From Burkholderiales bacterium (GTDB taxonomy: Bacteria > Pseudomonadota > Gammaproteobacteria > Burkholderiales > JACQAP01): DNA of 64,000 bases. This document shows, one piece after another, positions 57,108 to 64,000 of this stretch. The notes below the pieces were generated by a model. The model was not told the DNA's origin, made no database searches, and saw nothing but the letters and a program-made list of their open reading frames with translations. The stretch spans positions 22,688 to 86,687 of the forward strand of contig DASZQJ010000160.1 in assembly GCA_035549715.1 (NCBI GenBank), in the 5' to 3' direction. The position numbers and the translations under genes were made by a program. Within the stretch, counting starts at the first letter, position 1, and each line of letters opens with the position of its first letter.

Positions 57108-57404
57108 ATGAAGCGCCTTGCCACCGCCAGCCTGCTCGCGCTGGCGGGCGCCCTGGGGGTGCCCGCCGCGACGGCGGCGGAGCAAAGCGAAGCGCCCCAG
57201 GTGTCGCGCACCGACTCCCTCGAACTGCCGGGACTCACCGCCGGCTGCCACGTCTGCGAATGGCGGCCCAAGCCCAACCGGATGCCCGCCGCCGAGCAAT
57301 GCGGCACCGACGCGGCCGGCGCGGCCCGGGTTGCCCTGTTCGAATGCGGCTTCTCCCAGGACTGCCAGCGGGAGTGCCACTTCGTGAGTTGCGAGCCGGA
57401 GTAA
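57108..57404 (+). CDS. Small secreted Cys-rich hypothetical protein
   Basis: ORF 57090..57404. MKRLATASLLALAGALGVPAATAAE signal peptide. Mature ~74 aa with 7 Cys (CHVC, QCG, ECG, DCQRECHFVSC). No family recognised. Confidence 0.5.
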   Translation: MKRLATASLLALAGALGVPAATAAEQSEAPQVSRTDSLELPGLTAGCHVCEWRPKPNRMPAAEQCGTDAAGAARVALFECGFSQDCQRECHFVSCEPE

Positions 57405-57443
57405 GGCCGCATTCCCGGGCCTTGCGGCCCTCTTCCCGCCCCG

Positions 57444-57459
57444 GTCGCCGGGCAGCGAC
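57444..57459. promoter_or_regulatory. GTCGC-N6-GCGAC dyad, candidate enhancer site (copy 1)
   Basis: GTCGCCGGGCAGCGAC, about 100 nt upstream of the sigma-54 promoter at 57545. Confidence 0.3.
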
Positions 57460-57470
57460 GTTTTCCCCCG

Positions 57471-57506
57471 CCAAACCGGGCCCTTTGCGGCCCGGTTTGG
57501 CTTTCC
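57471..57506 (+). terminator. Stem-loop terminator candidate after the Cys-rich gene
   Basis: ccaaaccgggc (57471-57481) pairs with gcccggtttgg (57490-57500), followed by cTTTcc. The U-tract is weak. Confidence 0.45.
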
Positions 57507-57544
57507 CGGCCCCAACTCCCTGATCGGCATCGCTTTTGAGCCCA

Positions 57545-57560
57545 TGGCACGGGGGTTGCC
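57545..57560 (+). promoter_or_regulatory. Sigma-54 (-24/-12) promoter
   Basis: TGGCACG-GGGG-TTGCC. All defined positions match except the final W. 68 nt upstream of ATG 57628 (RBS AAGGAGAG). Confidence 0.7.
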
Positions 57561-57627
57561 ATAGGGGTAGGTGCATGCCGCGCAGGCGCGCAAGCCGCGC
57601 CGGCGAAAATTCCAAGGAGAGTGACCG

Positions 57628-57996
57628 ATGCTGCTCGACCCGATGTCCGACCTGAGCGCCCGCCCGGGCCGTAACTTCCTGCAGTTGCTCCAGGAAGGCG
57701 TCCAGACCCTTTTCCACCTGCTGCTGTTCTCCCTGCTCGCGCTGGGCATCGGCGGGCTCATCTACAAGGCCGTGCGGCCCGAGGGCTGGATCGGCAGTAC
57801 GGTGGCCCAGCTCTGGTCCCAGCACCCCGTGGCGACCCTCGTGGCCTGCGCCGCGGCCCTGGGCGCCGGCGCCTTCGGCACCCGCCTGTTCGAGCGCCTG
57901 CCGCTGTTTGGCAAGCGCGGCGACATGCTGGTCTATTGCTGCCTCGCCCTGGGCCTGTTCTTCGCCTTCAAGCTGATCGTCACCGGCGGCCTGTAA
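57628..57996 (+). CDS. Small hypothetical membrane protein (3-4 predicted TM helices)
   Basis: 122 aa. Hydrophobic segments LFHLLLFSLLALGIGGLIY, VATLVACAAALGAGAFG, LVYCCLALGLFFAFKLIV. Good RBS. Sigma-54 promoter upstream. Confidence 0.6.
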   Translation: MLLDPMSDLSARPGRNFLQLLQEGVQTLFHLLLFSLLALGIGGLIYKAVRPEGWIGSTVAQLWSQHPVATLVACAAALGAGAFGTRLFERLPLFGKRGDMLVYCCLALGLFFAFKLIVTGGL

Positions 57997-58149
57997 GCCG
58001 GCCGGATTCCGGCAACGGGTTCCACCCTCATCGCCACCCGCCTGCGGACCCTCCCCCGCAGGCGGGACCGGCGGTGACCCTCCTGTCGTCCCCCGGCTAC
58101 ATCGATTCCTCCCGCGGATCATCGGGTTAGCCCCCGGCGCCCAGGCCGC

Positions 58150-58165
58150 GTCGCCGCACGGCGAC
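58150..58165. promoter_or_regulatory. GTCGC-N6-GCGAC dyad, candidate enhancer site (copy 2)
   Basis: GTCGCCGCACGGCGAC, about 65 nt upstream of the sigma-54 promoter at 58216. Confidence 0.3.
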
Positions 58166-58215
58166 TGGGACGGGTAAACATGCCGGCAAGCGGTTGTTCT
58201 GCCTCGCGCATCCGC

Positions 58216-58231
58216 CTGGCACGGGTGTTGC
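58216..58231 (+). promoter_or_regulatory. Sigma-54 (-24/-12) promoter
   Basis: TGGCACG-GGTG-TTGCC. 72 nt upstream of ATG 58303 (RBS AGGAGGA). Confidence 0.7.
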
Positions 58232-58302
58232 CCTACCGGGCGTGCAACGCGAGCCCGTCCCACGCGGGCACCTTCCACCGATCCACGAGAAGGAGGACTC
58301 GA

Positions 58303-58524
58303 ATGACCATGCGTTCGTTGCTGCTGCTCTGCGCCGCCGTCCTCGCCGCCTCACCCGCCATTGCCGCCGATGCCCCGAAGCGGATCGCGGAGCGCGTGCC
58401 CGCGGCCGATCCCGCCGCCGCGCCGATGCCCGCGGCGAGCCCCCGCGAAGCCCTCGCGGCGCCGCCTGCGCGCAAAGGCAAGCGGGTGCGCCATTCCTTC
58501 CCCGCCCCCAGGCGGGTGATGTAG
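58303..58524 (+). CDS. Small secreted Ala/Pro-rich hypothetical protein
   Basis: From ATG 58303 of ORF 58180..58524: MTMRSLLLLCAAVLAASPAIAADAPKR... 73 aa. Strong RBS. Followed by a terminator. Confidence 0.55.
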   Translation: MTMRSLLLLCAAVLAASPAIAADAPKRIAERVPAADPAAAPMPAASPREALAAPPARKGKRVRHSFPAPRRVM

Positions 58525-58528
58525 GCCG

Positions 58529-58558
58529 AAAAAAAAGCCGCGCAATGCGCGGCTTTTT
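58529..58558. terminator. Bidirectional rho-independent terminator between convergent genes
   Basis: A8-GCCGCGC-aat-GCGCGGC-T5. Confidence 0.85.
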
Positions 58559-58580
58559 CCAGGCGGCCCGGTGCGGGCCG

Positions 58581-59825
58581 TCAGGGCCGTTCCATCTTGC
58601 AGGTGGTGGGCGTGACCGTGTCCTTGGCCTCGATGCGGCCCTCGGTCTTGAAGCCCATGCCGGTGCGCTCCACGTCGTACTTCACGCCCTTGCCGCCGGC
58701 CTTGACAAAGCTGGAGATGAACAGCGGCTGCACCAGCTGGTGGTTGTCGGCGCGCATCTCCATCTCGCCGGTGACGCCGGTGTACTTCATGCCTTCCAGC
58801 GCCCTGGCGACCTTGGCGGGGTCGGTGGACTTGGCCTGGTTCATCGCCCTGGCCAGCATTTCCATGCCGCTCTTGAGCGAAAGGAAGAAGAAGTCGTCCT
58901 TCGCGTCCGGGAAGCGCTTGCGATAGGCCTCGGTGAGCGCGTTGGAAGCGGCGTCGCCCACGTTGGTGTGCCACATGCTGACCTGGCGCACGTCCTCGCC
59001 GGCCTGGCCGATGGCGGTGGGCCCGCCGACGATGCCCGAATAGTAGGTGAAGAAATCGGCCTTCAGGCCCGATTCCTTGGCCGCCTTCACGAGCAGCGAC
59101 AGGTCGTTGCCCCAGTTGCCGGTGATCACGCTGTCCGCGCCGGAGGCCTTGATCTTCGAGATGTAGGGCGCGAAGTCCTTGATCTTGCCCAGCGGGTGCA
59201 GGTCGTCACCGACGATCTCGACGTCGGGGCGCTTTTCCTTGAGCATCGCGCGGGCGGCCCTGGAAACGCCCTGTCCGAACGCATAGTCCTGGTTGATCAG
59301 GTAGACCTTCTTGATGCCCTTTTCCCTGACCATGTAGCTGGTCAGGGCCTGCATCTTCATGTCGGTGTCCGCGTCGAAGCGGAAGTGCCAGAAGCTGCAG
59401 CGGTCGTTGGTCAGGCTCGGATCCACCGCGCCGTAGTTCAGGAACAGGATGCTCTGCTCGGGATTGCGCGCGTTGTGCTTGGTCACGGCCTCGGACAGCG
59501 CGATGGCGACGTTCGAGCCGTTGCCCTGGAAGAAGATGCGGATGCCCTGGTCGGTCATCTGCTTGAGTGCGATCAGCGCCTCCTGCGGGCTGCTCTTGGA
59601 GTCGAAGGTGACGAGCTCCAGCTTCCTGCCCATCACGCCGCCCGCGGCGTTGACGCCCTCGATGACCAGCAGGGCTTCGCGCGCGCCGTGCTCGCCGACG
59701 TTCGCGAACGGGCCCGACAGCGGGTCCATGTAGCCGATCTTGATGTTCTCCGCCAGCGCGGGGGCGCAGGCCGCTGCCGCCAGCAGCAGGGCCGCGAGGC
59801 CACGTGCGATGAAATTCGAATGCAT
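58581..59825 (-). CDS. Branched-chain amino acid-type ABC transporter substrate-binding protein (LivK/Peripla_BP_6-like)
   Basis: From ATG 59825 of ORF 58581..59894(-). Signal peptide MHSNFIARGLAALLLAAAACAPALA, then ENIKIGYMDPLSGPFANVGEH. Confidence 0.85.
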   Translation of the reverse strand: MHSNFIARGLAALLLAAAACAPALAENIKIGYMDPLSGPFANVGEHGAREALLVIEGVNAAGGVMGRKLELVTFDSKSSPQEALIALKQMTDQGIRIFFQGNGSNVAIALSEAVTKHNARNPEQSILFLNYGAVDPSLTNDRCSFWHFRFDADTDMKMQALTSYMVREKGIKKVYLINQDYAFGQGVSRAARAMLKEKRPDVEIVGDDLHPLGKIKDFAPYISKIKASGADSVITGNWGNDLSLLVKAAKESGLKADFFTYYSGIVGGPTAIGQAGEDVRQVSMWHTNVGDAASNALTEAYRKRFPDAKDDFFFLSLKSGMEMLARAMNQAKSTDPAKVARALEGMKYTGVTGEMEMRADNHQLVQPLFISSFVKAGGKGVKYDVERTGMGFKTEGRIEAKDTVTPTTCKMERP

Positions 59826-59951
59826 GGGAAGCGCTCCTCCAGTCATGTTGGGATGCGCCGGTTCGAGTGTGCTGCCCGCCGGCGTGCGGACCATTCTAAC
59901 CCAGCCCGACAGGGCCTTAACGCCCCGCCGCGCCGTGGGTTTACGACGGAT

Positions 59952-60800
59952 TCAGCGGTGCCCGGGCCCGCGCACCGGGTTGGCCAGGCGTCCGAGCCCC
60001 TCGATCTGGCATTCGGCGGTGTCGCCGTCCCGGATCACCACCGCTCCCGGCGTGCCCGTGCTGATGATGTCGCCGGGGTACAGGGTCGCGACGTGGGAAT
60101 GGAATGCCACCAGTTGGAACGGCGGGAACGCCATGTTGGCCACGACGTTCTCGCGGTGCAGCTTGCCGTTGTTCCAGGTGCCGACCTTGACCTTGAGCAC
60201 GTCGGGCACTTCATCGGGCGTGATGAGCTCGGGGCCGAAGGAGAAGAACGTGTCGAAGTTCTTCGAGCGCGTCAGGAAGCGCGGGTTCTTCTGCAGGATG
60301 TCCTCGGCCGTCATGTCGAGGATCAGGCAGTAGCCGGCGATGCAGCCGGGCGCGGCGGCTTCGTCGATGAAGCGGCACTCGCGGCCGATGATGACGCCGA
60401 TCTCGGCCTCCGCCGTGACCCGCTCCGATTGCGCCGGCAGCACGATGGGGTCGCCAGGGCCGATGATGGTGTTGTCGCACTTCATGAACGACGCCGGCTC
60501 GGTCGGAAAAGGCGCGTTGAGGTCGGCGGCGTGGTCGCGGTAGTTGAGCCCGATGCCGAGGATCTTGCGGGGGCGCCGGTAAAGGGGCCCGTAGGCGACC
60601 GCGCCGGGGTCGAGCTTGACGGGTGTGTGCTGCGCGTCCGCGAGCAGGTTGCGGCTGGTGCCGCGCTCGATGATCGAAAGCAGCGCCGTGGGCCAGGCGC
60701 GGCCCAGGTGCGCGTTGATGGCGGCGACCGGGACGATGCCGGCCGCGGTCACGACCGCCGCCTGCTCGATGCCGTCGAGCCGGATGGTGCAAAGCCTCAT
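59952..60800 (-). CDS. Fumarylacetoacetate hydrolase (FAH) family protein
   Basis: KILGIGLNYRDHA, EAEIGVIIGR, GDIISTGTPGAV. Confidence 0.85.
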   Translation of the reverse strand: MRLCTIRLDGIEQAAVVTAAGIVPVAAINAHLGRAWPTALLSIIERGTSRNLLADAQHTPVKLDPGAVAYGPLYRRPRKILGIGLNYRDHAADLNAPFPTEPASFMKCDNTIIGPGDPIVLPAQSERVTAEAEIGVIIGRECRFIDEAAAPGCIAGYCLILDMTAEDILQKNPRFLTRSKNFDTFFSFGPELITPDEVPDVLKVKVGTWNNGKLHRENVVANMAFPPFQLVAFHSHVATLYPGDIISTGTPGAVVIRDGDTAECQIEGLGRLANPVRGPGHR

Positions 60801-60825
60801 GGCGCCTCCACGGGAAAGGCGCCGA

Positions 60826-61689
60826 TTATAAGGCGGCGGGGCCGGCCGGCTTCACGGCCGTGAAGCGCGCGCCGCCCAGGGCGCGCGCCTCAACGAGTTC
60901 CACCAGGCGCACGTACGCGCGGTAGAACGCCTCGTCGCCGGAGGGTGTGCCGGCGCGCAGCGTCTCCTCGCGCAGCTGCCGGTACATCTGCAGGCGCTGC
61001 GCCAGGATGCCGCCCCAGTCGGCGGTGAGGTCCTCGACGCGGATGTCGCGAAAGCCCGCCGCTTCGAGGAGGCGGCGATAGCCATCGACGCCCTGCAGGG
61101 TTTGCGCCGCGATGCCGCGCCACATGGCTTCGCGGTCCGCCGCGTCGAGCGGCCGCAGCTCGGCCCAGTCGGTGAAGGACAGGCGCCCGCCCGGGGCGAG
61201 TATCCGGCAAGCCTCGCGCAGCGCGGCGCCCTTGTCGGGGACGTGCAGCATCGCCTCCTGGCTGATCACCGCGTCCTGGCTGCCGTCGGCGAGCGGCACG
61301 CGCATCACGTCCGCCCGCACGACGCGCACCCGTTCAGACAGGCCCACGCGCCGCGTCAGGTCGGCCGCGCCCGGCGCGCGGTCGGGGTTGAGCTCGATGC
61401 AGGTGACGAGGGCGCCGTAACGGTGGGCGAGGTAGCGCGCCGGGCCGGCGAGGCCCGCGCAGAAATCCGCGACCCGCCGGCCGGGGCCGATGCCGGCCCG
61501 CTGCGCGAGCGCGTCCACCACGGCGAGCCCGCCATAATGGTCCTGGTCGTGGGCGAAGAGGTCTTCGGGCACGAGGCCGTCGACGTGGCCGCGCTGCGCG
61601 GTGAGGCGCGCCAGGATCTGGTCGCGCGAGATCGGATGGCGGCTGTAGAACGCAAGGACGTGCTGCTCGGCGGAGGACGCGGTCGTCAT
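60826..61689 (-). CDS. Class I SAM-dependent methyltransferase
   Basis: From ATG 61689 of ORF 60826..61857(-). RVADFCAGLAGPARYLA (motif I-like), DAVISQEAMLHV, LAPGGRLSFTDW. Confidence 0.75.
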   Translation of the reverse strand: MTTASSAEQHVLAFYSRHPISRDQILARLTAQRGHVDGLVPEDLFAHDQDHYGGLAVVDALAQRAGIGPGRRVADFCAGLAGPARYLAHRYGALVTCIELNPDRAPGAADLTRRVGLSERVRVVRADVMRVPLADGSQDAVISQEAMLHVPDKGAALREACRILAPGGRLSFTDWAELRPLDAADREAMWRGIAAQTLQGVDGYRRLLEAAGFRDIRVEDLTADWGGILAQRLQMYRQLREETLRAGTPSGDEAFYRAYVRLVELVEARALGGARFTAVKPAGPAAL

Positions 61690-61802
61690 CGGGGAGGCGG
61701 GTGGTCGCGAGGGCTGGAAATCCCGTACCCTATAGGCGCGCGGGCGCGCGGTCCAGCACGGGACCGCGGTCCGATTCCATGGGAACGAGCAAGGAGAAAA
61801 GT

Positions 61803-62369
61803 ATGAAACGCGCCTGGCTGGCCTGCCTGGTGGCCATGCTGCCCGCCGCGGCCGCATTGCCGCCGGCGGCCCACGCGGCGAAGTCCGATTCCTGTGCCCA
61901 CTGCCACGGCACCGACGGCAACTCGTCGTCGAGCGCCTATCCCAGCCTTGCCGGCCAGACCCGGGCCTACCTGTTCAAGCAGATCAAGGCGTTCAAGGAT
62001 GGCGAGCGCAGGAATTCCATGATGTCGCCCGCCGCGGTGGTGCTCTCCGAGCAGGAGATGATGGACCTGGCCGACTACTTCAACTCGCAGACCCTGGTGA
62101 GGAGTTCCGCGAAGACGGATCCCGCGATCGTCGCCGAGGGCAAGAAGCTCGCCGAGCAAAGGCAGTGCGCCTCCTGCCACCAGCCCGGCATGCGCGGCCT
62201 CGACGCCTTCCCGCGGCTCTCGCGCCAGAAGTACCCGTACCTGGTGAAGCAGATCAAGGATTTCCGCGACGGCACCCGCACCAACGATGGCGGGGTGATG
62301 CTGCCCAACGTGAAGGACCTGACCGACCAGCAGGTCGAGGCGCTGGCGCAGTACCTCACCAGCCTCTAG
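61803..62369 (+). CDS. Dihaem c-type cytochrome (cytochrome c4/c553-like)
   Basis: From ATG 61803 of ORF 61701..62369. Signal peptide. Two CxxCH motifs (CAHCH, CASCH), each followed by a YPxLxGQ/RQ-type motif and an axial Met region. Confidence 0.85.
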   Translation: MKRAWLACLVAMLPAAAALPPAAHAAKSDSCAHCHGTDGNSSSSAYPSLAGQTRAYLFKQIKAFKDGERRNSMMSPAAVVLSEQEMMDLADYFNSQTLVRSSAKTDPAIVAEGKKLAEQRQCASCHQPGMRGLDAFPRLSRQKYPYLVKQIKDFRDGTRTNDGGVMLPNVKDLTDQQVEALAQYLTSL

Positions 62370-62381
62370 GAAGGGGGCGGC

Positions 62382-63329
62382 TCAGCCGCCGGTGTCGCAG
62401 ACGACGGTCCAGACGCCGCTCACGTTGCGCACCGGGCTGAGCGGGCGGGCGCCGAAACGCACCAGTTCGTCGAGCTTTCCGGCGACGGCGGCCTCGCTGG
62501 GGCCGGTGATGATGCGCTGGGAGCCGATCGACTGCACCTTGCAACCGCTCATGGCGACCTTCGGATGCTCGCAGGTCGCCATCCACTTGTTGCCCATCTG
62601 CTCGATCGGCGAAATCAGGCGCGCGCCGGTCTGCGCCAGTTCGTCCAGCTTTTTCTGCACGCCCTCGCGCGACGGCCCGGAAATGATCAGGTTGGCACCG
62701 GCATCGAGCACCCTGGCAGGCGACTCGTCCGCGGGCGGCGCCATGGCCGGGGCATCGGGCGCGACGGCAGATTCGGGGGCATCCACCGCGGCGCCGGGCC
62801 GCTCCGCGCCCGAAGCGGCGCCGACCGAATACACCTCGTGCGCCCGCACGTGCTTGTCGGTACGCGAGCCCTCGTGGGTGAACAGGCTGGCGTAATCGCT
62901 GGACAGGCAGGAGACGACTTCGTAGTAGGACCGCGAGACGAGCAGCTGGCCCGGTTCGGAGAAGCTCATCACGCGCTGGGCGACGTTGATGACGTCGCCG
63001 ATGACGTTGACCTGGCCGTTGAGGTCCTTCACCAGGCGCGCGGGACCGAGGTTGATGCCCATGCGGATGGGGAGGCTGCCGGCGTTGTCGCGGATGGCAA
63101 GCGCCACGAACAGGCCATCCTCGGGGGCACCCAGGAAGGCGATGGCGGCGCCGTCGCCGGTGTCGAGGATCACGCGGTCACGCGCGGCGACCGTCTCCAG
63201 GGATTCGGCCAGCAGCGCGTTGAAGCGCTCCTTCAGGCCGGCCTGGTCGGCGACCGTCTGCTTCGAGTACCCGACGATGTCGAGGAACAGAACGCTGCAA
63301 ACGACGGTGCGACCGGAGGTTTCTACCAT
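62382..63329 (-). CDS. Class III adenylate/guanylate cyclase domain protein with duplicated C-terminal module of unknown function
   Basis: From ATG 63329 of ORF 62382..63365(-). VVCSVLFLDIVGYSK...GDGAAIAF...IRMGINLGP...GDVINVAQRV. C-terminal tandem ~45-aa repeats. Confidence 0.8.
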   Translation of the reverse strand: MVETSGRTVVCSVLFLDIVGYSKQTVADQAGLKERFNALLAESLETVAARDRVILDTGDGAAIAFLGAPEDGLFVALAIRDNAGSLPIRMGINLGPARLVKDLNGQVNVIGDVINVAQRVMSFSEPGQLLVSRSYYEVVSCLSSDYASLFTHEGSRTDKHVRAHEVYSVGAASGAERPGAAVDAPESAVAPDAPAMAPPADESPARVLDAGANLIISGPSREGVQKKLDELAQTGARLISPIEQMGNKWMATCEHPKVAMSGCKVQSIGSQRIITGPSEAAVAGKLDELVRFGARPLSPVRNVSGVWTVVCDTGG

Positions 63330-63497
63330 GGGGCTCCGCGTGATGCCTGGGTCCGCCGGCGGCATTCGTTCCCGCGGGCCCGCGAGGCGGGCCGCAGGCG
63401 CTGCCGGCGCGGGGTAGACGCGTTCCCGCCGGGACGGGCGGGGAACTGCGGGGGGCCTGCGACTACCGGGTTCCTGCTGCTGCGGTACGACTGAAAT

Positions 63498-63573
63498 TGG
63501 TGGGCCGTGAAGGATTCGAACCTTCGACCGTTGGATTAAGAGTCCACTGCTCTACCAGCTGAGCTAACAGCCC
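63498..63573 (-). tRNA. tRNA-Lys (anticodon CTT)
   Basis: Reverse complement GGGCTGTTAGCTCAGCTGGTAGAGCAGTGGACTCTTAATCCAACGGTCGAAGGTTCGAATCCTTCACGGCCCACCA. D-loop AGCTCAGCTGGTAGAGC, T-loop GGTTCGAATCC, encoded CCA. Confidence 0.9.
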
Positions 63574-63935
63574 TTTTTTCGAGCCGCGAATTCTAGCAAA
63601 AAATGCCGGCGTGGGCGCGGGGAATCGCGGCCGCAACGAATCGCGGCCGAACGCGCCGCGGGCCGTCAGCCCCCCGCCCCCTGGCGACGGGGCCGAATGC
63701 CCCACGTTCCGCGGGACGGACGGGATGGCGTTGCCGGGCGCCAAAAAACCCCCATGGAACAAGGCCCCGGGGGATCCCCCGCGGCGGGCCGGGCCCACGG
63801 GAACACTTCCTGCTGAATCTCCCGGTGCGACCGTGGCAGAGGCTCGCCGCCGCCCGGCACGCGCCCCGGCGCGGCACTCGCCAACCAATTGCGGCAAGTG
63901 TCGCCGGGCTGCAACCGATTCGAGGAGATGCGCAC

Positions 63936-64000
63936 GTGAAAACCGACTACAAGGCCGCCTCGGTGCTGGAGCGCCTCGGCAAGTCGCTGTCCGACGCCGA
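63936..64000 (+). CDS. Start of an unidentified CDS running off the window
   Basis: GAGGAG RBS 8-9 nt upstream of GTG 63936. Reads VKTDYKAASVLERLGKSLSDA with GC3-rich codons. Too short to identify. Confidence 0.3.
   Translation, partial: MKTDYKAASVLERLGKSLSDA

Noticed and set aside
63574-63935. 360-nt region between tRNA-Lys and the next CDS, checked for sRNA, repeat or promoter signals. It contains a direct repeat GAATCGCGGCCG x2 near 63623-63651.
   Set aside because: There is only a short direct repeat and GC-rich hairpins of ordinary size. No conserved motif was recognised, so there is nothing I can support from sequence alone.

Overview
This is a high-GC chromosomal segment (about two-thirds G+C by eye). 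Gene content and order look betaproteobacterial (Rhodocyclales/Burkholderiales-like); this is inferred from synteny only, with no search run. Most of the window is conserved housekeeping: mlaFE, kdsD-kdsC-lptC-lptA-lptB-rpoN-hpf-ptsN-hprK-rapZ, ubiX, mutY, asmA, thiSG, trmB, hemW, murI, an elaB/yqjE/yqjK-like trio, rdgB, rph, yicC, gmk-rpoZ-spoT, a Mn riboswitch with terC, and two tRNAs. Two regions are accessory-like. The first (1.7-21.8 kb) is an MSHA-class type IV filament / T2SS-like locus. It holds an ExeA/MshM-like ATPase, an MshL-like secretin, a GspB/TPR protein, an MshE-like ATPase with a c-di-GMP-binding MshEN motif, a GspF-like platform and PilMN/PilO-like parts. It is flanked by a sigma-54 response regulator and a polytopic histidine kinase that resemble PrsR/PrsK. 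It is also bracketed by the ATPase and permease halves of an ABC-2 exporter. It contains a ~2.4 kb low-GC cassette with two paralogous pilin-like proteins. Two tandem major-pilin paralogs follow it, behind a UAS-like repeat / IHF site / sigma-54 promoter. The second region (37.5-45 kb) is a TonB receptor - YfiR-like - CHASE8 kinase - CheY - REC-PAS-GAF-GGDQF-EAL signalling operon. The less expected observations are as follows. Five intergenic loci share an unusual architecture: inverted (once single) arrays of degenerate 7-9 nt tandem repeats able to form long hairpins, each locus with a different unit sequence. Two adjacent small genes each have a near-consensus sigma-54 promoter and a shared GTCGC-N6-GCGAC dyad. 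An adenylate/guanylate cyclase carries a duplicated C-terminal module of unknown function. No CRISPR array, transposase, integrase or rRNA was seen. All family assignments come from reading motifs in the supplied translations, and no database search was possible.
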